From positions 290-64,289 of the forward strand of contig CALRFG010000004.1 in the NCBI GenBank assembly GCA_943356525.1: 64,000 bases of DNA, given 5' to 3'. Every line of letters starts with the position of its first letter. Position 1 is the stretch's first letter. The DNA comes from Candidatus Nomurabacteria bacterium (GTDB lineage: Bacteria; Patescibacteriota; Minisyncoccia; Phycocordibacterales; CAIZLB01). Positions 28,921 to 38,644 of the stretch are shown here, in pieces. A model generated the notes under the pieces. The model saw only the letters and a program-made list of their open reading frames with translations. It did not search any database and was not told the DNA's origin. A program made the position numbers and the translations under genes.

Positions 28921-29400
28921 ATGCAATATTTAACATTATATATAGTACTACTCATATTAATTTTACTTTCATTTCTTCGTGGTAAAGGTCACTTGTTTAA
29001 AATTATAGTCATGGCTTATCCGACTATGATTATATATAGATCAATTGTTGAATATTTCGGTGAAGATAAAATCAATAATCTTTTTGGTTCAAATATTTTC
29101 ATAAATAATCTAGTTGTATTCATCTTGATTTTAATTCCTGTTTATATTGCTCTTATGCGTATCGTAGACAATTATAAATCACATCAAAACATAAAAGGTA
29201 TAGGAGAGTCAGTGTTACTATCTATCGGTATAGTTTTACTCACTATAGGTATATGTTTCCATGTTTTACCTGATAAAGATGTGTTCAATCTTGATAAACC
29301 TTTTGAGGTTTTCTTTCAAACTAATCTTGGCTATCTAACCTGTATGATAGTGCCGATGCTTTCTGTATTTTTGATGAGTAAAAGAAACCCTTTGGTGTAG
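28921..29400 (+). CDS. Membrane protein (CvpA-like topology)
   Basis: Four to five hydrophobic segments; leaderless promoter. Confidence 0.55.
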   Translation: MQYLTLYIVLLILILLSFLRGKGHLFKIIVMAYPTMIIYRSIVEYFGEDKINNLFGSNIFINNLVVFILILIPVYIALMRIVDNYKSHQNIKGIGESVLLSIGIVLLTIGICFHVLPDKDVFNLDKPFEVFFQTNLGYLTCMIVPMLSVFLMSKRNPLV

Positions 29401-29502
29401 TGTTTGGATGTAAAAATTGCTTGATTTTTGTGACCTATATGATGTGGTTGATCGGGTTTCTATCTTGCATTCCTAGGAAAAATAAGCTATTATGTAAAAA
29501 CT

Positions 29503-29868
29503 ATGCCAACAATTAAAGAAATAAAAGCAAAAAACACTGGACCCCAAGCTGTTATTAAAACAGGTGGTAAACAATATCGTGTACAAGTAGGAGATACTTT
29601 AAAGATCGAAAAACTGTTAAAACCAGCAGGTGAAGAGTTTAAAGTAGGTGATGCTGTATCATTCGATATGGTATTACTTAAAGATGACGGTACTACTTTA
29701 GTACTTGGGGCCCCAACTATCAAAGGTTCTACAGTTACTGCAACTATAACTGACATCGCTCGTGAGCAAAAAGTTATAGTAGGAAAGTTCAAACAAAAAT
29801 CAAAATACTTTGTTAAAAACGGTCATAGACAACCTTTCTTCGCTGTGAAGATTGAGGGGATAAACTAA
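29503..29868 (+). CDS. rplU: 50S ribosomal protein L21
   Basis: AVIKTGGKQYRV..GD...GHRQ. Confidence 0.96.
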   Translation: MPTIKEIKAKNTGPQAVIKTGGKQYRVQVGDTLKIEKLLKPAGEEFKVGDAVSFDMVLLKDDGTTLVLGAPTIKGSTVTATITDIAREQKVIVGKFKQKSKYFVKNGHRQPFFAVKIEGIN

Positions 29869-29876
29869 ATATAATG

Positions 29877-29900
29877 AAAACACCCGAGAGGGTGTTTTTT
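29877..29900. terminator. Bidirectional intrinsic terminator
   Basis: AAAACACCC-GAGA-GGGTGTTTTTT between rplU and recR. Confidence 0.85.
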
Positions 29901-29921
29901 TTGTTTTTATTTTGCATTCGT

Positions 29922-30518
29922 TTATCTCCTAAACTTCAAAGCCTCTCTCAATGTCTCTTGATCTGCATATTCTATCTCGGACCCGGTCGATATACCGCGA
30001 CCCAGCAAAGAGATTTTCATCTCTGGAAATCGCTTCGCTATGTTTTCCTTTAAAATCTTAAGTGTATAATCACCATCAGATGTTGCATTTAATGCTAGAA
30101 TAATTTCCTGCAAACCTTTTGTATTTAAATTTTCTATTCTCTTATATAATTTATCAAAGTCTATATACTCATGAGCTTTTTCTGAGAACAATGGTATGTA
30201 CTTACCAAGAATAAAATACTGCCCATTATATGCCATAGTTCTTTCAAATATTTCTATATCATTATCATATGCCAAGATAAGTAGTTTATTATCTTCTCGT
30301 TTTTTTGTACAGATTTGACACTTGTCTGTATTTTTATAATTAATAAATTTACGATTACAGTCGATACATGTCACAACCTTATCGTTTATATGACTTATAC
30401 CTGTAATCAAATCTTGTCTATATCCGTTGTTACTATTCATCAGAAAAGACACAAACCTTTTAGCTTGTCTTGGACCAATTCCTGGGAATTTTTTAAATAA
30501 TTCTATAAGTTCTTCCAT
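29922..30518 (-). CDS. recR: Recombination protein RecR
   Basis: PGIGPRQAKR HhH, C4 zinc finger, toprim EIILALNATSDG, EYAD. Confidence 0.93.
   Translation of the reverse strand: MEELIELFKKFPGIGPRQAKRFVSFLMNSNNGYRQDLITGISHINDKVVTCIDCNRKFINYKNTDKCQICTKKREDNKLLILAYDNDIEIFERTMAYNGQYFILGKYIPLFSEKAHEYIDFDKLYKRIENLNTKGLQEIILALNATSDGDYTLKILKENIAKRFPEMKISLLGRGISTGSEIEYADQETLREALKFRR
29945..29945. other. Marker: C-rich plus-strand tail of the minus-strand gene recR (see compositional finding)
   Basis: 29941-30000 has 19 C vs 11 G on the plus strand. Confidence 0.3.
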
Positions 30519-30544
30519 AAAATATTTTGGTAATTTTACAACTA

Positions 30545-31963
30545 TTACATCGTATCTTCATAATCACTATAGTCGCTTTTATCAAGAGATAAGAAAGATG
30601 AATGCTTATCATCAAATTTAAGTTTTATTGCACCTGTAGGACCATTTCTATGCTTCTCTATGAGTATCTCGGCGATATTATCACGTTCTGAATGGTCTTT
30701 GTATTTATCCTCTCTATGTATGAACATAACAATATCCGCATCTTGCTCAATAGATCCAGAATCTCTAAGATCAGACAATCTTGGTTTTCCTTGACGTTGC
30801 TCAACAGCACGAGATAGCTGTGAAAGTGCAAGTACAGGAACATCTAATTCACGAGCTAAGTGTTTCAAAGATTTTGATATCTCGGATATCTGCTGCACTA
30901 CATTATCTGAGTTTCGACTTTGTGTAGGTGACATAAGTTGTAAATAATCAACAACTATCAAGCCAAGTTTTCTTTCTGATTTTATTTTTCTTGCAGTACT
31001 TCGCATTTTTACTATATTTGTACCGGCTTGATCATCTATATATATTGGCGCATTTGAAAGTTCAGATATACCAGTTTGTAATCTCTCGTACTCTTCAGAG
31101 TTGTTAAGGTTTAATTTTCCTGTTCTTAATTTCCATGAATCAACACGTGAATGAGAGGATATCATACGATACAAAAGCTGCTGACTACTCATCTCAAGTG
31201 AAAAGATGAGCACAGGAGTTCCATGATGAACTGCGGCATTGCGTGCTATATCCAATGCAAGGGAAGTCTTACCGCAAGAAGGTCGAGCGGCTAAGATAAT
31301 AAGGTCTGATTTTTGCAAACCTGAAAGTTTATTGTCTAGATCTTTAAAACCAGTAGGTACACCACGAAGTTCATCGCCACTGTTATGTATCTTATCTATA
31401 CTGTCCCAAGCTTCTATCAACCCTTCACGCATTGAAGTCACTGTGGATTTTGAGTTTTTATTTGTTATGGAAAATATTTCTTTTTCAGCCGAGTCCATAA
31501 TGTCTTCGAGATCCCCTTGTTCTGCATAACCTAGGTTTCCGATACGCTCTGATGCATTTATAAGATGCCTCATCATGAATTTTTTCTCAAGTATACGAGC
31601 ATAATACTCAATGTTTGATGATGAAGGAACCATTTGTACAAGTTCAGCAAGATAAGATGCGCCGCCGATCTGATCCAAAAACCCCATATTATCTAGTGTG
31701 TTTTTTAAAGACAAATAGTCAACAGGATTTCCTTTTTCTAAAAGTTCCAGTATACCTTTGTATACTTTTTTATGTTTTTCGCTATAAAAATTCTCTTCAG
31801 TAATAATGTCGGCTATCTCAGCATATGCATCGGGACGTATCATAATAGATCCAAGCACAGCCTGCTCTGCCTCTAGACTGTATGGGGGTAGTTTAAGGTT
31901 ATGTATTGCAGTAGCTTGAGCCTGCTGATTATTATTTTTTATAAATTTAGAAGAGGTTTGCAT
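30545..31963 (-). CDS. dnaB: Replicative DNA helicase
   Basis: PPYSLEAEQAVLG, AARPSCGKT, VDYLQL, SDLRDSGSIEQDAD; no intein. Confidence 0.97.
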   Translation of the reverse strand: MQTSSKFIKNNNQQAQATAIHNLKLPPYSLEAEQAVLGSIMIRPDAYAEIADIITEENFYSEKHKKVYKGILELLEKGNPVDYLSLKNTLDNMGFLDQIGGASYLAELVQMVPSSSNIEYYARILEKKFMMRHLINASERIGNLGYAEQGDLEDIMDSAEKEIFSITNKNSKSTVTSMREGLIEAWDSIDKIHNSGDELRGVPTGFKDLDNKLSGLQKSDLIILAARPSCGKTSLALDIARNAAVHHGTPVLIFSLEMSSQQLLYRMISSHSRVDSWKLRTGKLNLNNSEEYERLQTGISELSNAPIYIDDQAGTNIVKMRSTARKIKSERKLGLIVVDYLQLMSPTQSRNSDNVVQQISEISKSLKHLARELDVPVLALSQLSRAVEQRQGKPRLSDLRDSGSIEQDADIVMFIHREDKYKDHSERDNIAEILIEKHRNGPTGAIKLKFDDKHSSFLSLDKSDYSDYEDTM

Positions 31964-31972
31964 GTTATTTAT

Positions 31973-32431
31973 CTATACCAAAATATAAGCAATGTATAAA
32001 GCTAGCCAAAGAGTAAAAATGATTACAGAAGTTTGTTTGAATTCTTTATGGTGACGGATAAAGCTATCTGATAGGTGATGATATTGTTCTTGATGCCTTA
32101 TTAATATCTTGAATTGATAATATTTTTGAGTCGCAGTACAGAAAACTAATATGGCAGAGAGTAAGAAAGTTACAAATGAAAATATATAGGTATTATTATT
32201 AAACTCTGTTTGATTTAGGAAAATAAAACAAACATAAGCTAACTGTGTCAGGAAAAGTAAAAAGGAAGAGATAAATGAGTATGACATAACTCTACTCATG
32301 AAACTTTTCTCAATACCACGTATTTGCTTAGTTTTTTCGACTACTATTATGAAAATGTCTATAATCAGAGATGAGGCTAGTCCTAAGGATAAGATTATAT
32401 GATGAATTATATATATAAAGATTATCGACAT
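31973..32431 (-). CDS. Hypothetical membrane protein
   Basis: Four hydrophobic segments. Confidence 0.6.
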   Translation of the reverse strand: MSIIFIYIIHHIILSLGLASSLIIDIFIIVVEKTKQIRGIEKSFMSRVMSYSFISSFLLFLTQLAYVCFIFLNQTEFNNNTYIFSFVTFLLSAILVFCTATQKYYQFKILIRHQEQYHHLSDSFIRHHKEFKQTSVIIFTLWLALYIAYILV

Positions 32432-32498
32432 GTATACAGTATATCAAAATCGAGTCCATGATACTGTTGACAAAATCAGTGTTTGTGATAATATATAG

Positions 32499-32634
32499 AC
32501 GTGCCCCAAAAGTAGGGACAACCAGCCAGGTAGGGTGCAAGGAAGGTGATACGCTTAACACTTCCTTGCACCTGATGGTAGATCTTAATAGTTCAGATAA
32601 TATCGCAATTTAGCGATAGAGTCTGGACTTTTTT
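32499..32634 (+). ncRNA. Candidate stand-alone small RNA
   Basis: TTGACA (32467) / TG-A-TAATAT promoter; GC-rich; 12-bp perfect stem 32534-32545/32561-32572; terminal hairpin plus U-tract; no credible ORF. Confidence 0.55.
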
Positions 32635-34015
32635 ATTTTTTTACAATCTCTGACATATCTGCATTATCTAAAACATCATACCCAAGATCTTGTATTTTGT
32701 TCCTCAATTCATCGGATTTTGTAAAATTCTTTTCAGTTCGAGCCAAATCTCTTTCTTCTTTTAGTTTCAGAACTCCTTCAGGAATAATATCTTGCTCCAA
32801 AAGTTTTAGTCCTAGTATAGAGTCAAATTTTTGTATAATTTCTTTATTTATAATTTCTGTATTTACCAATTCCCAAAGATAGGCCAAAAGATTAGGTGTG
32901 TCCAAATCATTTTCTATGATTTCTGTAATTTTATTTTCTATATTTTCTTCATTTACATCTTGGTTATTTTTTAAAATATCCTTTATCCGATTTTTCAATC
33001 TATAATATGCAGTCTGTGATGCTTGTATATCGGAAAATTCAAAGAAAATAGGTTGGCGATATCGGGTTTGCAGTATAAAGTACCTATAAGATAGGGGACT
33101 AACATTATTTTTTTCTAGATCTGATATTGTTATAAAACTTCCATCTGATTTACTCATTTTTCTGTCTTTCCAGTTTAAAAATGCGCCATGCATCCAAATA
33201 TTTGCAAGTGGGACATGATTTGCGCATTCACTTTGTGCAATTTCATTATTATGATGGCTTGGAATATGATCTATTCCTCCTGTATGTATATCAAAAGTAT
33301 TTCCAAGATATTTTTGAGCCATAGCAGAACATTCTATATGCCATCCCGGAAAGCCTACACCCCAGGGAGAATCCCACTCTTGTTGACGTTTCTCATCAGC
33401 TTGAGAAAATTTCCATAAGGCAAAATCATAAGGGGTGCGTTTTTCTTCATTTAACACTACTCGGTGGCCAGCTTGTAATCCTTTAAGATCAATATTGCCT
33501 AATTTTCCGTATTCTGGAAATGTTGAAATATCAAAATACACACCATCAGATATTTTATATGCATGACCCTCTGATTCTAGTTTTTGTATCATTTTTATTT
33601 GTTCCTGAATATTATCAGTCGCACGTGGAAACTGAGTTTTTTTTGTTTCAATATTTAATTTTTTTAAATCATTGAAAAAAACATCTATGAAAAAATTAGC
33701 AATCTCTTTTGCAGTTTTATTATTTTTAATTGCTGATTTTTCTATCTTGTCTTCACCTTCGTCGGCATCATCTACAATATGTCCAACATCAGTAATATTT
33801 ATAACTTGATTTACCTTATACCCTGAGAACTCAAAAGTACGTCGTAAAATATCAGAAAAAAGATAAGTACGCATATTTCCGATATGAAGATAGTCATAAA
33901 CAGTAGGACCGCAATGATACATAGAAACTTCATTTTCTCTTATAGTTTTAATTTCTTCTATTCCTTTCGACAGGGTGTTATAGAGTTTTATGGACATATA
34001 GCGATTATAACTCAT
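32633..34015 (-). CDS. cysS: Cysteine--tRNA ligase
   Basis: CGPTVY..HIGN, GFPGWHIECSAM, KMSKS. Confidence 0.97.
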   Translation of the reverse strand: MSYNRYMSIKLYNTLSKGIEEIKTIRENEVSMYHCGPTVYDYLHIGNMRTYLFSDILRRTFEFSGYKVNQVINITDVGHIVDDADEGEDKIEKSAIKNNKTAKEIANFFIDVFFNDLKKLNIETKKTQFPRATDNIQEQIKMIQKLESEGHAYKISDGVYFDISTFPEYGKLGNIDLKGLQAGHRVVLNEEKRTPYDFALWKFSQADEKRQQEWDSPWGVGFPGWHIECSAMAQKYLGNTFDIHTGGIDHIPSHHNNEIAQSECANHVPLANIWMHGAFLNWKDRKMSKSDGSFITISDLEKNNVSPLSYRYFILQTRYRQPIFFEFSDIQASQTAYYRLKNRIKDILKNNQDVNEENIENKITEIIENDLDTPNLLAYLWELVNTEIINKEIIQKFDSILGLKLLEQDIIPEGVLKLKEERDLARTEKNFTKSDELRNKIQDLGYDVLDNADMSEIVKK

Positions 34016-34050
34016 TTACTATTTTAATGTAATATGTTTATAATTATAAT

Positions 34051-34872
34051 ATGTTAAAAATAACACAACTTTTAAAAGAGTCACTTACGACTTATAAACT
34101 TAACTTTAAGAAAATATTTTGGATAGCATTGCCTATACTTGTATTAGGTATTATCGGCGAATATTATATTGAGGTTTTTAATACAATGATTGATAAGGAG
34201 GATTTCGCTAATATACCCTATTTATTTGCAAGTATTACGATATGGATATTAACTATATTAATAGTGACCTTATACTTTAGTCCAGTACTAAAAAGAGCTA
34301 TACAAAAAAAAGAAGATGGGGAACAATTTAATACAAACCTAGCTTACAGTTTTCAAAAGAAAAATATTTTCAAATGGATAATGGTAAATGTTTGGGGTAT
34401 GCTATATATGCTTTGGATAATGTTGCCTTATATTTTGGTTAGTGTTTTACTCACGGTTATACTTTTTATGCATTTAGATACATACAATAATATTTTGATA
34501 CTTACAAGCCTGATTGGACTAACAATTTTGACTGGTACAGTATTAAACATAACTAAGTTTATGTTATATAAAAACATTTTCTTTTCAAAAGACGGAATAC
34601 CTGCAAGAGATGCTGTTCGCGAATCAATAAAGCTTGGTAAAACAAAAAATGGTCAACTTTGGTCACTAATCTCAGCTTTGATTATTTTATTTATAATCAA
34701 TATAATAATATTTTTTGCATTAATCAATTTATCAGATTTACTTATTGATAAGGTTTCGAACAATGTCTTGTTTTATTCAGAAATTATAGTAAATGGTGCT
34801 CTTTCGTCTCTAATTTTCTTACCTTTAATGTCTATTATTGTGGCTAAGGGGTATGTGAAGATTAGGGAGTAA
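34051..34872 (+). CDS. Hypothetical multi-pass membrane protein
   Basis: About six TM segments; AVRESIKL motif typical of glycerophosphodiesterase-membrane-domain-like proteins. Confidence 0.6.
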   Translation: MLKITQLLKESLTTYKLNFKKIFWIALPILVLGIIGEYYIEVFNTMIDKEDFANIPYLFASITIWILTILIVTLYFSPVLKRAIQKKEDGEQFNTNLAYSFQKKNIFKWIMVNVWGMLYMLWIMLPYILVSVLLTVILFMHLDTYNNILILTSLIGLTILTGTVLNITKFMLYKNIFFSKDGIPARDAVRESIKLGKTKNGQLWSLISALIILFIINIIIFFALINLSDLLIDKVSNNVLFYSEIIVNGALSSLIFLPLMSIIVAKGYVKIRE

Positions 34873-35023
34873 GATAAAAGAAGAAAAAAAATGCTTTCAC
34901 TAGAAAACAAAAAATATATTTATGGCCATTATGGCACTATATATGATTGGGGTTTATTTAACTATGGGAAATATGATCATGTAAGTATTGAGTAAGTGTC
35001 TGAGTAATGTTATATTACAAGGC

Positions 35024-36130
35024 ATGAATCTATCAGTCGGCATCGTAGGCCTTCCTAACGTAGGCAAATCAACATTATTTAACGCAATAACAAAGAAATC
35101 AGTACCGGCTGAAAACTATCCTTTTTGTACCATAGACCCATCTGTGGGTGTTGTTGCTGTACCTGATGAAAGGCTATATAAACTTGCTGCGTTTTCTAAA
35201 ACTAAAAAAACTGTTCCAGCCATCGTTGAGTTTGTTGACATAGCTGGACTTGTAAAAGGTGCATCAGAAGGAGAAGGTTTGGGTAATCAGTTCTTGCAAC
35301 ATATACGCGAGGTGAATGCTATAGCTCATGTGGTGCGGGTTTATGAAGACAATAATCTGATACATGTTCATGGAAAAGTTGATCCTGTTGACGATATTGC
35401 TATTATAAACTTTGAGCTTATTGTTGCAGACAAACAAGTTGTTGAAAAAAGATTATCCTCACTTGATAGAGATATAAAAAGAAATGATAAAGATGCACTT
35501 ATATTAAAAGAAATATTGGATAAAGTATTGGAGAATCTGAAGAAAGATATATTTGCCTCAAAAACAGAACTTACAGATGAGCAAAAAATTTTATTAAACA
35601 AAAATGTTCAACTTATAACAATGAAGCCAGTGATGTTTGTATTAAATAAAAAATCAGGAAGTAAAAATATTATCGATGACACTAGTGATACTAGATATTT
35701 ATCATTGATGGAATATTTTAAAAATGAAAATGCAATCTACACTATAGTTGATGCAAGGATTGAAAATGATTTAAAAGATTTTGAGGGTGAAGAAAAAGAA
35801 ATGTTTAGACAAGAATTAGGTGGAACACATGATGATGGTATAAATGATTTAATAAAGGCTGGTTACAAACTGCTGAACGTGATGAGTTATTTTACAACCG
35901 GAGTTGAGGAGACTAGAGCTTGGACTATAGAAAAGGGTTGGACAGCACCGATGGCTGGAACTGCAATACATACTGATTTTAAGGATAAGTTTATACGAGC
36001 TGAGGTTGTGTTCTGGTCCGATCTTATAGATAGCGGGTCCTATGGAGTGGCGAGGGAAAAGGGTTTGGTGAAAACTGAAGGGAAGGAGTATGTGGTTAAG
36101 GATGGGGATGTCATAGAGTTTAGGGTCTAG
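35024..36130 (+). CDS. ychF: Redox-regulated ATPase YchF
   Basis: GIVGLPNVGKSTLFN, NYPFCTIDP, DIAGLVKGASEGEGLGN, EGKEYVVKDGD. Confidence 0.97.
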   Translation: MNLSVGIVGLPNVGKSTLFNAITKKSVPAENYPFCTIDPSVGVVAVPDERLYKLAAFSKTKKTVPAIVEFVDIAGLVKGASEGEGLGNQFLQHIREVNAIAHVVRVYEDNNLIHVHGKVDPVDDIAIINFELIVADKQVVEKRLSSLDRDIKRNDKDALILKEILDKVLENLKKDIFASKTELTDEQKILLNKNVQLITMKPVMFVLNKKSGSKNIIDDTSDTRYLSLMEYFKNENAIYTIVDARIENDLKDFEGEEKEMFRQELGGTHDDGINDLIKAGYKLLNVMSYFTTGVEETRAWTIEKGWTAPMAGTAIHTDFKDKFIRAEVVFWSDLIDSGSYGVAREKGLVKTEGKEYVVKDGDVIEFRV

Positions 36131-36136
36131 GTAAAG

Positions 36137-36170
36137 AAAAATTCACCAACTCTTCAGCTGGTGAATTTTC
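36137..36170. terminator. Intrinsic terminator
   Basis: AAAATTCACCA...TGGTGAATTTT. Confidence 0.7.
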
Positions 36171-36280
36171 AAGTAGATGGTCAGTAGTGACAGTATTGAC
36201 TCCTTATAACTTAGATCAAGAAATCACTGTTTTTCTGACAAGCATGTAGCCGCAATCGTTGTCTGATTTTTTTGTCAAAT

Positions 36281-36330
36281 AAAAAAAGCCCGGGGACCAC
36301 TTGGATCCCCGGAACTCGGGTTATTTTTTT
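36281..36330 (-). terminator. Intrinsic terminator of the orphan gene
   Basis: GC-rich hairpin flanked by A and T tracts. Confidence 0.65.
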
Positions 36331-36347
36331 TAAAATGTATTTGGTTT

Positions 36348-36566
36348 TTACGCTGCTACTTTGAACTCGACAGTGAAATCACCATAACGGGCAACTTGCT
36401 CTAGGTGAGCACGATGTTCTTCGATATGTGTAGGGTTCTTGAACTTGATATGCACTATTGCCCGGCCACCGCCAATCTTGGCTTCGACCTCGAAGTGTTC
36501 ACCAGGTTTCAGTTTCTTTTGTTTGAGTGCAAATGTGATGTCACTAATCAATTTTTCTTTTGACAT
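36348..36566 (-). CDS. Hypothetical protein (72 aa)
   Basis: Own TTGACT-17-TATATT promoter on the minus strand and own terminator. Confidence 0.65.
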   Translation of the reverse strand: MSKEKLISDITFALKQKKLKPGEHFEVEAKIGGGRAIVHIKFKNPTHIEEHRAHLEQVARYGDFTVEFKVAA

Positions 36567-36704
36567 AATTCAGGTATGTTATTTATTTTCAAAATCTCTT
36601 CAACTTAGTCCACTCAGACCTCGTCTTCAAAATCTTGGTAAATAATATACCCAATTCCCACCCAATAGTCAAATCAAATAATATATGTTAATATACATCA
36701 CATT

Positions 36705-37181
36705 ATGACAACTCAAGATCAAAAAGAATATTTATCAAAAGAAAGACATGCAGAGCTTGTAAAAGAGCTTGAGCAGCTTAAAACAGTAAGAAGAAAAGAG
36801 ATTGCTGAAGACTTGGAGTATGCACGTAGTCTCGGTGACCTTTCAGAGAATGCTGAGTTTAACAAAGCTCGCGAAGATCAGGCTATAGTAGAAGATCGTA
36901 TAAATCAAATCGAGTCAGTTCTTGCAAATGCTGAAATAATTAAAATGCATCACGCTACAACAGCTGAAGTGGGTACAACTATTTATTTGATGAAAAAAGG
37001 TTCAACTAAAGCAGAAACTTACATGTTAGTTGGTTCTGAAGAGATTGATTTCAATACAAACAAGGTTTCTCTAAAATCTCCAATAGGTATTGCTGTATCA
37101 GGAAAGAGTAAGGGCGATGAGATCAAGGTTAAATTACCAAATGGTTCAGAAGTCTTTTACACTATTAAAGATATAGAATAG
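36705..37181 (+). CDS. greA: Transcription elongation factor GreA
   Basis: ARSLGDLSENAEF, SPIG.A. Confidence 0.96.
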   Translation: MTTQDQKEYLSKERHAELVKELEQLKTVRRKEIAEDLEYARSLGDLSENAEFNKAREDQAIVEDRINQIESVLANAEIIKMHHATTAEVGTTIYLMKKGSTKAETYMLVGSEEIDFNTNKVSLKSPIGIAVSGKSKGDEIKVKLPNGSEVFYTIKDIE

Positions 37182-37210
37182 TTTTTCATTACTTTCTGTC
37201 AAAGTGAAAT

Positions 37211-37250
37211 AAAAAACCCGCCATCCTTTCCTTGGATAGTGGGTTTTTTT
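37211..37250 (+). terminator. Intrinsic terminator
   Basis: AAAAAACCCGCCATCC...GGATAGTGGGTTTTTTT. Confidence 0.8.
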
Positions 37251-37280
37251 ATTGAGCTTTCTTTGATATAATCATTTCAT

Positions 37281-38639
37281 ATGACTGCTACTCAATTTTT
37301 AATATTTATAATATACCTGTCTTTGTTTATCGCGGCAGGTTTATTTGTTGATTATCAATGGAAAGCTGTGAAAAGAACATATTTAGCTTTTATTAGGGCT
37401 GGGTTTTATTCAAAACAAAAATATTCTCTTTTTGAAATAAGTATTCCTCGGGGGCAAAGTAAATCACCACTTGCTATGGAAGTTTTTTTCAATGCCTTGT
37501 ATCAACCTTTTGGAGAAGGTTCTTGGATGAATATATGGCTTCAGGGTTCAACAAAACCATGGTTTACTTTAGAGTTGGTATCTATCGAAGGTAAAGTAAA
37601 GTTTTTTATATGGACCAATGATAAATTTTCTAACGGCATACGGACTCAGCTTTATGCACAATTTCCTGACATTGGTATAAAAGAAATATATCAAGGTGAT
37701 TATAGAAATGACTATGTTTCAAATATAAATTACGATGTATCAAAATATAAATTTTCCTGTGCTGAATTTAAAAAGAAAAATGCTGGTCATTTACCTATAA
37801 AAACATATACAGATTATGGATTGGATAAAGATCCCAAAGAAGAGTTCAAGATAGATCCTATAACTCCAGTTTTAGAATATCTCGGTAACTTGGGAAAAGG
37901 TGAGCAGGCCTGGATACAAATTGGTATAAGGGCACCTGGAAAAGATACTGATAAGAAGTTTCCTACAGACGCAAAAGAGTTAGAGAAATTTAGAAAAACT
38001 CATAAATTGAAATGGTATCAGAATAAAGTCATGGTTGACTGGACTGACGCGGCGAAAGAAGATATTAAAAAATTAACAAAAAGAGATTTAAAAATGGATA
38101 AAGAGAGTCCAAGTAATCCAGCCGATACGAAATTAACAAAACAAGAAATGGATAAAGTTGATGCGGTAGAAAGAGGTTTGTCAAAAATTGCATTTGACAC
38201 ATGTATAAGAACTGTATATGTTGCCGAGAAAGATTTATTTTCACCATCAAATTCTGCTGGACTTAGTGGAGTATTTAAACAATATAATACTCAACACATG
38301 AATAGCTTTGAATCAAAATCACCTGTGGTAAAATATGCTATACAAGATAAAAGTGGCTTAAGGGTTGAAGCTGACAAAAAACTTATATTTGAACAATATA
38401 AAGCCAGAGCTTTTTTCTATCCCCAATTTATTCCTATAGGAGCCCCAAGTTATCACCAGGTCTGGAAAACAAATCAATTTAAATTAAAAAAGGATAAATA
38501 TATACCGAGTGTTCCGTTTATTATGACAGTAGAAGAGTTGGCCACAATATTTCATTTTCCAGGAGACACGGCTACAACTTCGAATGTGTCACGTATTGAA
38601 GCTAAGAAAGTAGAAGCACCAGCTAATCTTCCGATATAA
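37281..38639 (+). CDS. Conserved hypothetical membrane-anchored protein (CPR type)
   Basis: N-terminal TM; KSPLAMEVFF, LPIKTY, EELATIFHFP, APANLP recall proteins linked to VirD4/TraD-like ATPases in Parcubacteria; family call is weak. Confidence 0.55.
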   Translation: MTATQFLIFIIYLSLFIAAGLFVDYQWKAVKRTYLAFIRAGFYSKQKYSLFEISIPRGQSKSPLAMEVFFNALYQPFGEGSWMNIWLQGSTKPWFTLELVSIEGKVKFFIWTNDKFSNGIRTQLYAQFPDIGIKEIYQGDYRNDYVSNINYDVSKYKFSCAEFKKKNAGHLPIKTYTDYGLDKDPKEEFKIDPITPVLEYLGNLGKGEQAWIQIGIRAPGKDTDKKFPTDAKELEKFRKTHKLKWYQNKVMVDWTDAAKEDIKKLTKRDLKMDKESPSNPADTKLTKQEMDKVDAVERGLSKIAFDTCIRTVYVAEKDLFSPSNSAGLSGVFKQYNTQHMNSFESKSPVVKYAIQDKSGLRVEADKKLIFEQYKARAFFYPQFIPIGAPSYHQVWKTNQFKLKKDKYIPSVPFIMTVEELATIFHFPGDTATTSNVSRIEAKKVEAPANLPI

Positions 38640-38644
38640 TAATT

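Noticed and set aside
32499-32634. SRP (4.5S) RNA or T-box
   Set aside because: The conserved AGCAG strand of SRP helix 8 is missing; the element is downstream of and antisense to cysS and has no T-box sequence.
36170-36280. Possible structured RNA (GTCAG/CTGAC, ACAGT/ACTGT) between two terminators
   Set aside because: Stems are short and there is no convincing promoter.
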